IMG/VR virus record: IMGVR_UViG_3300032285_003158
Span: 1,755 to 65,754 of that record
DNA from: a virus
Lineage: Duplodnaviria > Caudoviricetes
Reading direction: 5' to 3' (one strand)
Length of the DNA stretch: 64,000 nucleotides
The notes beneath the pieces are model-generated. The model did no database searches, had not been told where the DNA came from, and was given only the letters and a program-made list of their open reading frames with translations. Positions 15,998-24,857 of the stretch are shown here, one piece after another. The translations under genes were made by a program, and so were the position numbers. Every line of letters starts with the position of its first letter. The stretch's first letter is position 1.

Positions 15998-17140
15998 ATG
16001 TTGAATCGTAATGCAAAGGCTTTCATCACCGCAGCCGAAGAAATTTTCGGTACTGATGCTATACTTACCCGTGATGAGATTACCCGTGTGGTTAATGAGA
16101 AGTCTTTGCCTCAACCATATTGGCTGTTTAATAAGACTGATTATCGTGTTGGTCGTGGGCAATATAAACTGCCGTCGATCAACAGTAAGCCTAAGGTAAA
16201 TACTCCTGAACCAATGACAATTGATATGTCTGCACAGGTTATGGCTCTGCGCCAGCCTAAACTGATTGATGAATCTGATCCTGCTATCCCACAAAAGTTT
16301 GCAGATTATGTTCCATTCGGTTTCTTCAAAGATATGCGTAGTATCGTACAATCTAAGAGTTTCTATCCTGTATTCGTTACTGGTCAATCTGGTAATGGTA
16401 AGACTCTGATGGTCGAGCAAGTATGTGCTGAATTGCACCGTGAATGTATCCGAGTCAATATCTCGATTGAGACTGATGAGTCCGATTTGCTTGGTGGTCC
16501 AACTCTAATCAATGGCAGTATCGTTAATCGAGATGGTCCCGTTCTTATTGCAATGAAACGCGGTGCAGTATTGCTTATCGACGAGGTAGACCGCGGTTCA
16601 AATAAACTTATGTGCCTGCAAGGTATTCTTGAGGGCAAGCCGTACTATAACAAGAAGTCCGGTGAGAATGTTTATCCTGCACCAGGTTTCAATATCATCG
16701 CAACCGCCAACACCAAAGGTATGGGTGCCGATGAAGGTAAATATCTTGCACAGATTCTGGACTCCGCATTTCTTGAGCGATTCCCTATTACTGTGGAACA
16801 GGAATTCCCAGATACCAAAACTGAGAGGAAGATTCTCAGCCCTCTTATTGATGATAAAGAATTCGTTGATAACCTGGTCCAATGGGCCGATGTTATTCGA
16901 AAGAGTTACCAAGAAGGTGCAGTTGATGAGGTTATTTCAACTCGCCGATTGGTCCATATCGCAAAGGCTTATGCCATTTTTGGTGATAAGATGAAGGCTA
17001 TTACCCTTTGCGTGAATCGTTTTGATGAAGAAACTAAACTCGGTTTTCTTGATCTGTATGCCAAGGTTGATGCAAAGGTCGAAGCTGTTGACCCACCAGA
17101 AATGGTGAAGGCTCATGTATCCGACGATATTCCATTTTAA
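15998..17140 (+). CDS. cobS: CobS/MoxR-family AAA ATPase
   Basis: GQSGNGKT, LLIDEVDRG, ATANTKG, AFLERF, ISTRRLVHI; ends DDIPF. Confidence 0.8.
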   Translation: MLNRNAKAFITAAEEIFGTDAILTRDEITRVVNEKSLPQPYWLFNKTDYRVGRGQYKLPSINSKPKVNTPEPMTIDMSAQVMALRQPKLIDESDPAIPQKFADYVPFGFFKDMRSIVQSKSFYPVFVTGQSGNGKTLMVEQVCAELHRECIRVNISIETDESDLLGGPTLINGSIVNRDGPVLIAMKRGAVLLIDEVDRGSNKLMCLQGILEGKPYYNKKSGENVYPAPGFNIIATANTKGMGADEGKYLAQILDSAFLERFPITVEQEFPDTKTERKILSPLIDDKEFVDNLVQWADVIRKSYQEGAVDEVISTRRLVHIAKAYAIFGDKMKAITLCVNRFDEETKLGFLDLYAKVDAKVEAVDPPEMVKAHVSDDIPF

Positions 17141-17159
17141 TTAAAGAAAGAAGTATATT

Positions 17160-17477
17160 ATGACTCAAACTGTCCGCAAGGGTAAGGTAAATCGCCATGA
17201 AAAGATCACTCAAGTTTTGCTGAGTGGTAAGCCAGTATCACCAGAAGAAATTCTTTCGGTATTTGAAGGTACTGACCAAGAATCGGTGCTATATCGCCTA
17301 AGTACAAACATCTATAATATCCGTCTTGATGGTGGTATTGTCAAGGTAATTAAATCTGGCCGCAAGGTAACTGGTTATCAATTGGTGAATTATGAAGAAT
17401 TTGATCCGAATGGTCGATATTTTGGTCGCCGACCAGTGTCCCAAACTGAACCTATTGTGGAAACTGAATATGTCTAA
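17160..17477 (+). CDS. putative winged-helix DNA-binding protein
   Basis: LLSGKPVSPEEI...YRLSTNIYNIR...GRKVTGYQL. Confidence 0.55.
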   Translation: MTQTVRKGKVNRHEKITQVLLSGKPVSPEEILSVFEGTDQESVLYRLSTNIYNIRLDGGIVKVIKSGRKVTGYQLVNYEEFDPNGRYFGRRPVSQTEPIVETEYV

Positions 17478-17901
17478 TAATGGTTTTAATGGTATGAGTG
17501 CTACAGATTTGGAACCTAAAATCGTATGTAATCGTATTCGTACACCTGATGGCACGGTGATTTATTCTCGCCATCGACATGATTATGTGTGTCATGTTGA
17601 TGATAATGGCTTCGAATATGTTGTTGATGGTGGGCTCGATTATCTGAAACGTGCGCGGTCGGATCGTGCGCCGTCGGCAGTAGAAATGTCGGTGTATTCA
17701 ACGGATCCGCATGAGGTAATTCGAGAGGCTTTTGCTTGGGGGTCCCGAGGTATCAAAGGCGATCAACCTGTTATGTATCTTACTCTTATGAATATGCAGA
17801 CGGAACATATTGAGGCAATTCTAGATACTCAACGACATATTACTCCTGTGATTCGCAAAGTGTTTGAAGACGAATTGAAATATAGGAAACAAAATGGTTG
17901 A
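17470..17901 (+). CDS. conserved phage hypothetical protein
   Basis: NRIRTPDGTVIYSRHRHDY...VDGGLDYLKR. Confidence 0.7.
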   Translation: MSNNGFNGMSATDLEPKIVCNRIRTPDGTVIYSRHRHDYVCHVDDNGFEYVVDGGLDYLKRARSDRAPSAVEMSVYSTDPHEVIREAFAWGSRGIKGDQPVMYLTLMNMQTEHIEAILDTQRHITPVIRKVFEDELKYRKQNG

Positions 17902-18253
17902 AAACGGTAAATATTATAAAGGCGATTCTGTTGCCGTATTGGTGTCGGAAGGGCATGGTGCAGGTTGGTCCTCATGGGCACACACCGAAGAACAGCAAAA
18001 GTTGGCAATGTTCGATCCTGAGATTGTACAATGGATTTTGGACGGCAAACCTAATAACCATTTGGTTTTTGCTGATCCAATGCACCGTGGTTCATACTTT
18101 ACTGATAAGTATGGTGGTACCTATTTCTATGATGGTGGTTTTGATGGCCTTATTGTTGAATGGGTTAAGGTAGGCACCAAGTTTCGTATTACCGAATATG
18201 ATGGTTGCGAGGATATTCAGACTATGGAAAATGTAAAATGGATCGAAGCATGA
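17894..18253 (+). CDS. conserved phage hypothetical protein
   Basis: VAVLVSEGHGAGWSSW...FRITEYDGCE. Confidence 0.7.
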   Translation: MVENGKYYKGDSVAVLVSEGHGAGWSSWAHTEEQQKLAMFDPEIVQWILDGKPNNHLVFADPMHRGSYFTDKYGGTYFYDGGFDGLIVEWVKVGTKFRITEYDGCEDIQTMENVKWIEA

Positions 18254-18387
18254 GTGAATCTCTAAATAGCGAGATGGATTTTTTCTTTTTTCTTGATGCG
18301 TGGAACTATTGTCGCCTAGAGAAAATTACCATGGATAAAATCAAACGCAAGAATTGGACTACTTGGACTATTGTGAAGTGAGGTTGT

Positions 18388-18786
18388 ATGGCAACATTTA
18401 AAGATAAACAAATTCTCGCACATTTGGTGAAACACAAACAAGCAGATATTCCTCTTCCTGTTTGGTATTGGATTAACCCAATGACTGGAGTTAAAATCTC
18501 ACCTACTTTTCCAACAAAAGATGATGCAGATAAATGGTTTGACGATCTTGTTGCTGTGCATAATGATACCTATGACCTATTGAATCGGTCCAAAGAAGGT
18601 AAAATTTTCAATGTTAAAGCAGTTATTGATAATAGTGGTATCATTTCATCGACTAAAACGAAGAAGTGCCCATTTGCATATCAGATTACTGGTGATGTTT
18701 TGTCTGTGAATATACTCGGTACAGATTTGGGTGATGCTCGAACTCGACTAGAAGAATTCTTTGATATTATTGACTGGTTGGATTAA
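18388..18786 (+). CDS. hypothetical protein
   Basis: gaggt RBS, 132 aa. Confidence 0.6.
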   Translation: MATFKDKQILAHLVKHKQADIPLPVWYWINPMTGVKISPTFPTKDDADKWFDDLVAVHNDTYDLLNRSKEGKIFNVKAVIDNSGIISSTKTKKCPFAYQITGDVLSVNILGTDLGDARTRLEEFFDIIDWLD

Positions 18787-18805
18787 TTTATTTTTGGAGT
18801 ATAAT

Positions 18806-19465
18806 ATGTACGTTAACATTGGACCTTTTAAAAACTGGATTGGCCCATATCAAATTTCCGACCATCTGCAATTCTTTGGTGTATCTAAGGATAAGTGCCA
18901 TGAGATTGGTGAATTTCTATCCGAGAAAACTTGGTTAGGTCCAATCTGTACATGGATTGATAAGCGTCGTAAACGTAAGGTTGTTATTCGTATTGACAAG
19001 TATGATACTTGGAATATGGATGGTACTCTTGCTCCTATTATTCTTCCTATGTTGGTTCAATTGAAAGCAACCAAACACGGTGCGCCTTATGTTGATGATA
19101 ATGATGTACCTGAATACATTCGATCCACCAGTGCGAAGCCAAAAGAGAATGAGTGGGATACTGATGGTTATCATTTTGATCGGTGGGATTGGGTACTTGA
19201 TGAAATGATTTGGTCATTTGAACAACTGCAACCTGATTCTAAATGGGAAGAACAATATCATTCTGGTGTGCGAGATTTTAAATTTGTCGAATCTGAACAA
19301 GAATATACAGATTCTGAAACAGGTAAAGTATCAAAAACATTTGAAATGATAAAAGGTCCTAATGATACTCATGTGTTTGATGCTGAGGGTTTCGAGAAGC
19401 ATGTTAAGAGGATGGATGCCGGACTGTTGCTTTTTGGCAAATATTTTCGTCATCTGTGGGACTAA
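18806..19465 (+). CDS. conserved T4-like phage hypothetical protein
   Basis: IDKYDTWNMDGTLAPIILPML...RWDWVLDEMIWSF...FGKYFRHLWD. Confidence 0.75.
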   Translation: MYVNIGPFKNWIGPYQISDHLQFFGVSKDKCHEIGEFLSEKTWLGPICTWIDKRRKRKVVIRIDKYDTWNMDGTLAPIILPMLVQLKATKHGAPYVDDNDVPEYIRSTSAKPKENEWDTDGYHFDRWDWVLDEMIWSFEQLQPDSKWEEQYHSGVRDFKFVESEQEYTDSETGKVSKTFEMIKGPNDTHVFDAEGFEKHVKRMDAGLLLFGKYFRHLWD

Positions 19466-19528
19466 TAGTTGCCAACCACATGGACTTGTGATACACTAGT
19501 CTTATCGTAATTTGTTAGGAGAATTAAA

Positions 19529-19816
19529 ATTTCAGGCGGTCATTTTAATTATGAGCAATATCGTATTCAACGTATTGCAGATGAAATCGAGCAATTGATT
19601 CTGTCGAATGATAGAAACGCACTAAACGAATGGGGCGATCCAATTGGTCGTGGATACTCTAAAGAAACTATCAAAGAATTCGAGATTGGACTAGATCATT
19701 TGAAGAAGGCTATTATCTATGCACAACGCATTGATTGGTTGGTTTCTGGTGATGATGGCGAAGAATCATTTCATCAACGATTGTTATCTGATTTGGAGAA
19801 GATGCGGGATGAATGA
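19529..19816 (+). CDS. conserved hypothetical protein (MSGGHFxY family), probable ATT start
   Basis: aggagaattaaaATT TCA GGC GGT CAT TTT in frame with the tracked ORF; promoter TTGCCA(19469)-N17-TACACT. Confidence 0.6.
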   Translation: MSGGHFNYEQYRIQRIADEIEQLILSNDRNALNEWGDPIGRGYSKETIKEFEIGLDHLKKAIIYAQRIDWLVSGDDGEESFHQRLLSDLEKMRDE

Positions 19817-20036
19817 CTATATTAAAAAACTCGCTGAAGCGAATGGTTTTATTCATGATAATATGACCATTGGAGAGAAATCTGATGCTCTAAAGAAGTT
19901 TGAAAAAACCTCTGAGGTAATCCTGCAAGAATGCATCAATACTGTACAGAAGCGGTATATGGGCGATAATAACCGTGAGGACATGGAAGTCCTTCGGTGC
20001 GTATCAGAATTGAAAAATCATTTTGGAGTTGAATAA
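19809..20036 (+). CDS. MNERI...EC...HFGVE family small protein
   Basis: MNDYIKKLAE...ILQEC...LKNHFGVE. Confidence 0.65.
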   Translation: MNDYIKKLAEANGFIHDNMTIGEKSDALKKFEKTSEVILQECINTVQKRYMGDNNREDMEVLRCVSELKNHFGVE

Positions 20037-20223
20037 TGAAAAATCTATTAGAAAAGATTCGCAACTTCTTCAATGCTCCTTGTCCTGAACAAGAGATTGA
20101 AGAACGATTCTATCGGCGTCTTCAAGATATGAAAGATCACCCAGAAAAGTATCAACATATTCTCAAAAGAGAATGTGGTAGTTCAACAATCCCACCAGTT
20201 TCTCTATTTTAAGGAGTTGAAGA

Positions 20224-20433
20224 ATGAAAAATCTACTAATCGTTATTGGTATTACTCTAATGCTTTCGGGTTGTGGTAAGTTTGAACAGATGGTACAATC
20301 ATCAGTATCTGGATTTACTACTCGATGCATTGAAGGTGCAACATTCGTAATTCTTGATTCAGAACATGGTGTTGCGATTACGCCTCTTGTCGGACAGAAT
20401 GGTCTTCCAAAAGCGTGTGAGGTGCAAAAATGA
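20224..20433 (+). CDS. putative lipoprotein
   Basis: signal peptide with lipobox LSGC. Confidence 0.65.
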   Translation: MKNLLIVIGITLMLSGCGKFEQMVQSSVSGFTTRCIEGATFVILDSEHGVAITPLVGQNGLPKACEVQK

Positions 20434-20699
20434 GTGAGTTGAGAAAAGCAGCAGAACAGGAGCCTGTGGCGTGGCTATATGAATACACAAACCCTCGCCG
20501 AGAAAAGGCAGTCGGGTTTTATCCATCCCAAGTAAATGGCGTTATTTGCACCCCCCTCTATACCACTCCACCTGAGCGCAAGCCGCTGACGGATGAGGAA
20601 ATCGTAAAGATTTGCATGAATTGTTGGCGGGTGACGCCGAGCGACATCTACTTTGCCCGTGCCATCGAGAAGGCGCATGGGATTGGAGTTAAAGAATGA
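20430..20699 (+). CDS. hypothetical protein (EQEPVAW...PLTDEEI...AIEKAHGI family)
   Basis: motifs typical of modular small proteobacterial-phage proteins; GC-rich. Confidence 0.65.
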   Translation: MSELRKAAEQEPVAWLYEYTNPRREKAVGFYPSQVNGVICTPLYTTPPERKPLTDEEIVKICMNCWRVTPSDIYFARAIEKAHGIGVKE

Positions 20700-20950
20700 A
20701 CGATCCAAGACTACCAGAATCCGAAGTAACTATCGGCAGACTTCGTAAGAGGATTGTTAAGTTGATGGAACAACGTGATGGTTACGAGAAACAACTGATT
20801 CATTATCGTGAGGTACTTGATCATCATCCTTTCCGTGAGCGAGAATATAAAGATTATAATGCTAGGATCAAAGAACGTGAACGAGTTAAAGCATTGGAAA
20901 CAAGAGTTAAAGAACAGGAAGAACTCATCAAGTTGTTGAGGAAAGAATAA
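20696..20950 (+). CDS. coiled-coil hypothetical protein
   Basis: translationally coupled ORF. Confidence 0.6.
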   Translation: MNDPRLPESEVTIGRLRKRIVKLMEQRDGYEKQLIHYREVLDHHPFREREYKDYNARIKERERVKALETRVKEQEELIKLLRKE

Positions 20951-21312
20951 TGAACGAACAAATTAAGTTGCCAGTTCAAGAGTGGTTGGGTTATGATCCT
21001 GAACGGGGTGATATGCACGGATACACATTTGAACAGATGCGAGAGTTCGCTGAGTTGATTATCGAAAAATGTTTGAATAACGAACAACCTGAGCAGGAGC
21101 CGGCAACTCTGGAGCAGTATTACGCCAAACATGGGGTCAGCCCTATCGCCACCCCACCCCGCACGGCGCAGGACGACAAATACGACGAACTGCTGTTCGC
21201 TGTCGGCAACAAGTACCCCGGCGAAACGAGGCACGAAACCGCGCTGCGCTATATCCGGCAGGCCGAGCAGAGCAAGCCAGAAACTGACAGCGGGAAGGCG
21301 GTGACACCATGA
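20950..21312 (+). CDS. chimeric hypothetical protein
   Basis: AT-rich FAELII N-half fused to GC-rich YDELLFAVGNKYPGETRHETALRYI C-half. Confidence 0.6.
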   Translation: MNEQIKLPVQEWLGYDPERGDMHGYTFEQMREFAELIIEKCLNNEQPEQEPATLEQYYAKHGVSPIATPPRTAQDDKYDELLFAVGNKYPGETRHETALRYIRQAEQSKPETDSGKAVTP

Positions 21313-21686
21313 GCCGACTTGGCCGCGCATTGCTGCTTCACAAAACGGATCGCAAGTTCTATCCGATGACACGGTTTGACTACACGGAGAAGTACGACCG
21401 ACTGAGCCCCATCGATATGAATCTCGGCTACGTCTACACGCTGGAAGCCACGTTCAAGGTAAAGGTGCGATTTACTGAGCTTGAAGTTCACAATGGGCAT
21501 CATGCCGATCGCATTGAGATGGCACGAAGGCAAGTGCTCCGCGAAGTTTTTGGCGAGTTTGTGCCCGTGTTGTGCGAGGCCGAGTTTGCCGCCACAAACC
21601 ACGAAGGCCCGCGTGCCGCCGAACTGATCCGCAAAGTCATCGCGGCATTTGACAGCACCGAGGAATTGAAGGAGCCGAAGACATGA
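21309..21686 (+). CDS. hypothetical protein (GC-rich, likely recently acquired)
   Basis: 125-aa ORF overlapping the upstream stop. Confidence 0.55.
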   Translation: MSRLGRALLLHKTDRKFYPMTRFDYTEKYDRLSPIDMNLGYVYTLEATFKVKVRFTELEVHNGHHADRIEMARRQVLREVFGEFVPVLCEAEFAATNHEGPRAAELIRKVIAAFDSTEELKEPKT

Positions 21687-21849
21687 GTGAAGATACTGAT
21701 ATTTTTACTTTTAGACCACTTCCAAAGTATGTTGGAATGTACAGAATTGGTGGGGATGGAGGATTATGCATACACTTTGAAATCAAACCAAAATGGTTTC
21801 ACCGTAAGATGATGCAGTTTTGTCTTGGTTGGGAATGGAAAGATACAGT

Positions 21850-22074
21850 ATGAATGAACGTATACTAGAATTGGCTGAGCAGGCTGGTCTTAAGAAAGAC
21901 CACGGTGCTGATCGTGAGTATATCGGCGATTTTGATTGGCGACAGTTTGCCCAGTTGATTGTGGAAGAATGTGTTCAAATTGGTGGTCCAGAGGATTCTT
22001 ACACAGATGAATGGTTCACGGCAAAGGCAGACAGCGTGAATAAGATTAAAAAACATTTCGGAGTTGCGGAATGA
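21850..22074 (+). CDS. MNERI...HFGV family small protein
   Basis: MNERILELAEQAG...FAQLIVEEC...IKKHFGVAE. Confidence 0.7.
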   Translation: MNERILELAEQAGLKKDHGADREYIGDFDWRQFAQLIVEECVQIGGPEDSYTDEWFTAKADSVNKIKKHFGVAE

Positions 22075-22164
22075 ATGCATTTGTTTGGGGCATCGTTGTA
22101 GGATGGATCGGCCACGCCGTATGGGTGTTTATGATTAGACCAATTTTTAGGGAGACCATGAAAA

Positions 22165-22359
22165 ATGAATGAACGAATTAAAGAACTCATTGATATGGAT
22201 GAGCGTATGAGGGATTATTGTGCAGTTGGACCTGTTCAGAGTGCAAGTGTGGAAGATTTAGTGATTAGAATTCTGGAGGAATGCTGCCTTGTGATTGACA
22301 AACACTACGAACCAGTGTATGATGGTCAACTTATCAAGCGATATTTTGGAGTTGAATGA
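22165..22359 (+). CDS. MNERI...FGVE family small protein
   Basis: MNERIKELI...ILEEC...IKRYFGVE. Confidence 0.65.
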   Translation: MNERIKELIDMDERMRDYCAVGPVQSASVEDLVIRILEECCLVIDKHYEPVYDGQLIKRYFGVE

Positions 22360-22763
22360 TGGCACGTAGAACTAATCTTAATCTCAAGGCAGAATTCAGA
22401 GAATATATTGATGAACTAGAAGGTTTCACCCTGCGTTCAGAAAGATTCTATGCTGAGTTTGAAGCAGGTATTATGCGCGAGAAGCGTATTCTAGAATGGA
22501 TGGAAGCAGCATATATTGCTGGTGCCAGAGAAATGGCACAGGATACTCTGGACACACTAGGCGATTATGCCTGTGCCTGTGCTGGTCTAGAACCTAGACT
22601 TATCAAGCCAGAAACTGTGTACGATCAGGCAGAATCTGATCTGCAAGTTTATTACACTAAAATTTTTGATAACTATGACAAGATTCTTGACAAGATTGAT
22701 AAGATTGATGACAAGATTACCGATACCAATACTGCCGTAGAATATTTTAATCGCAATAGTTGA
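22356..22763 (+). CDS. hypothetical protein
   Basis: ELEGFTLRSERFY motif. Confidence 0.6.
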   Translation: MMARRTNLNLKAEFREYIDELEGFTLRSERFYAEFEAGIMREKRILEWMEAAYIAGAREMAQDTLDTLGDYACACAGLEPRLIKPETVYDQAESDLQVYYTKIFDNYDKILDKIDKIDDKITDTNTAVEYFNRNS

Positions 22764-22766
22764 CGT

Positions 22767-22949
22767 ATGGACACAACTACTAACACGGATTTGGTTGACA
22801 GACTGCGGAAACGTGCTATGATACGCAGACAGATTCCTACACGCAAGAGTGTACTGGAAGGCGCACCAGATAGAATTGCTGATCTATTAGAAGAGGCAGC
22901 AAATGAGATTGAACAACTAAGGAAAGAAAATGAAAGAAACTTACTTTGA
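22767..22949 (+). CDS. conserved small phage protein
   Basis: LVDRLRKRAMIRRQIPTRKSV..GAPDRIADLLEEAANEIEQLR. Confidence 0.65.
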   Translation: MDTTTNTDLVDRLRKRAMIRRQIPTRKSVLEGAPDRIADLLEEAANEIEQLRKENERNLL

Positions 22950-23091
22950 GTATTTGAAATCCCTGAGAGATAGTGGAGTCACCAATATGTTTGGTGCTGC
23001 ACCATATCTTCAAAATGAATTTGGTCTGGACAAGTACGAAGCAAAAGATATTCTTATTGAATGGATGGAATCTTATAGGAGCGGAAAATGA
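22930..23091 (+). CDS. small protein, LRDSGVTNMFGA family
   Basis: MKETYFEYLKSLRDSGVTNMFGAAPYLQNEFGL. Confidence 0.6.
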   Translation: MKETYFEYLKSLRDSGVTNMFGAAPYLQNEFGLDKYEAKDILIEWMESYRSGK

Positions 23092-23528
23092 ATGAATTTG
23101 ATTTGAAGTGTCGTGAACAGTTGTATTATGATTATATGAAGCAACCAGCTAATTGTAGCGATCCGATTAGAGAAGCCTTTAACTATGCATACAATTGTGG
23201 TCTAGGTCTTAATAAAACCGAGGCAGGACCAGTACCTGTGAAGAAAGAATGGGTTCTTGTTGAATGCGTTCAGTCATATCGTATGCGTTATATGGTTGAG
23301 GTGCCTGAAGGTAAATCCGAATGGGCACTTGATACAGTATCAATGCATCAAGCAAAAGAATTCTCGCAACAGGATATTGGAGAAACCATTGTATCTCATC
23401 GAGTTATCTCTGAAGAAGATGCATTGAAATTGTGTGATGTGGATAATGATTATTGCAAATCATGGAATGAACATCTGAAGATAAAGGGTTTCTTCACTAA
23501 AGAGGAAGACAAGCCTTATGATGAATAA
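23088..23528 (+). CDS. hypothetical protein
   Basis: WVLVECVQSYRMRYMVEVP...EFSQQDIGETIVSHR. Confidence 0.65.
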   Translation: MNEFDLKCREQLYYDYMKQPANCSDPIREAFNYAYNCGLGLNKTEAGPVPVKKEWVLVECVQSYRMRYMVEVPEGKSEWALDTVSMHQAKEFSQQDIGETIVSHRVISEEDALKLCDVDNDYCKSWNEHLKIKGFFTKEEDKPYDE

Positions 23529-23663
23529 TGAAGATTTTATCTATGAACAAACAAAAATTTATGAAGAAATTGATCGCAGAAGAAGAATTACAGTTACTAT
23601 AATTTGTACTACGATTGTACTTTCTCTTGTTTGTGGCATTTGTTATTATTTTGGAGTGTATTA

Positions 23664-23939
23664 ATGCTTGAGAAAATTGGTAAATGGCTTTTGAATTCTT
23701 CTCTTGTTCACCTTACGATTAGTGCCATTCTGGTTGCAGGTTTGATTTTTGCGACACTATATACTCAGCAAGCATGGGACTATATCAACCGCACGAATAA
23801 TCCTCCTGATTTGAAGGATTTCAAGAATGGTGTTCAAAATCATCTTGTTTGGGATATTGAAGGTCTGTGTTATTTTGTTCGGCCGTATACCGATAATACT
23901 GTATATTTGGTAACGGTTCCAGATTGTAATCGTAAGTAA
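23664..23939 (+). CDS. membrane-anchored hypothetical protein
   Basis: N-terminal TM segment, C-terminal Cys pair. Confidence 0.55.
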   Translation: MLEKIGKWLLNSSLVHLTISAILVAGLIFATLYTQQAWDYINRTNNPPDLKDFKNGVQNHLVWDIEGLCYFVRPYTDNTVYLVTVPDCNRK

Positions 23940-23986
23940 TGTTTTGTAAAGGAAATTATTATTATGAAGTTTGAAATTGGCAAAAA

Positions 23987-24472
23987 TTAAATTTTAGAAA
24001 GTCTTTTTTTCTGAGATTCGGATATTTTATGTTTTGTTTCATCGGACAGTTTTTTGCCATAATTTGGATTATTTTGACCGATATAACTTCTTCGTGTGAA
24101 GACACAAGGTGGAATTTTACCTTTTTTGACTATAGATAAATTCTCTTTGTGTGAATCTGACATTTTATATCTCCGTCCGGATGCCCCTTCACCACCATCA
24201 GTTTTATTTCTAAGTATTCCTGTGTTATTATCTTTTCGCCCGTACCAACGTATTAAATATCTCTCAATTGCCAATGAACCAATTTCAGTTAAATTGGCTT
24301 CAATTATTATAATTTTTGTTTTATTTTTTGGTGGTAGTATTTCATTTTTAAAATGAAACCAGGCTCTTTTGCCTTGACCTTTGCCAATATAATACGGAGT
24401 GTTATCTTCCCGGAGATAAGCATAAACGTAAAAATTTGGCGGAATATTTTTTGTATCATATATACTTGACAT
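23987..24472 (-). CDS. GIY-YIG homing endonuclease, antisense insertion
   Basis: FYVYAYLREDNTPYYIGKGQGKRA, LRNKTDGGEG, NUMOD3 tail; own TATAAATA promoter at 24545-24552. Confidence 0.85.
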   Translation of the reverse strand: MSSIYDTKNIPPNFYVYAYLREDNTPYYIGKGQGKRAWFHFKNEILPPKNKTKIIIIEANLTEIGSLAIERYLIRWYGRKDNNTGILRNKTDGGEGASGRRYKMSDSHKENLSIVKKGKIPPCVFTRRSYIGQNNPNYGKKLSDETKHKISESQKKRLSKI

Positions 24473-24563
24473 AGCTGTGTCCTTGTGTTAAAGTGTATGA
24501 CATAGAGCCAGTAGATGTTGACGCATCGTGACTGGCACCTTTCATATTTATAGGAGAATAAAA

Positions 24564-24857
24564 GTGAGCTTATTTATCGAGGTGGATTCGATTGAAAAAG
24601 GTTGTAAAGTTATCATTAATTTAGATGAAGTGCTAGAAATTGCACCATTAGCCGCCGGCGGATGTGCATTGTTCTTTGCAACCGCAGCAGGCAGTAAGGT
24701 ATCATTCAAGGTGCGAGATAGTTATGAACTATTCAAGCAGTTTGTATTGCAGACAGTATCAGTCGATGATATTGCAAAGAAGGTTAAGAGTCTAAAGGTC
24801 TCGGCACCACAAGATGACGATATAGTTATTCCAACACTTGGTTCACCTAAGAAGTGA
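24564..24857 (+). CDS. hypothetical protein
   Basis: GTG start after aggaga. Confidence 0.6.
   Translation: MSLFIEVDSIEKGCKVIINLDEVLEIAPLAAGGCALFFATAAGSKVSFKVRDSYELFKQFVLQTVSVDDIAKKVKSLKVSAPQDDDIVIPTLGSPKK

Noticed and set aside
23438-23446. Perfect DnaA box TGTGGATAA
   Set aside because: Isolated and inside a coding region; compatible with chance.
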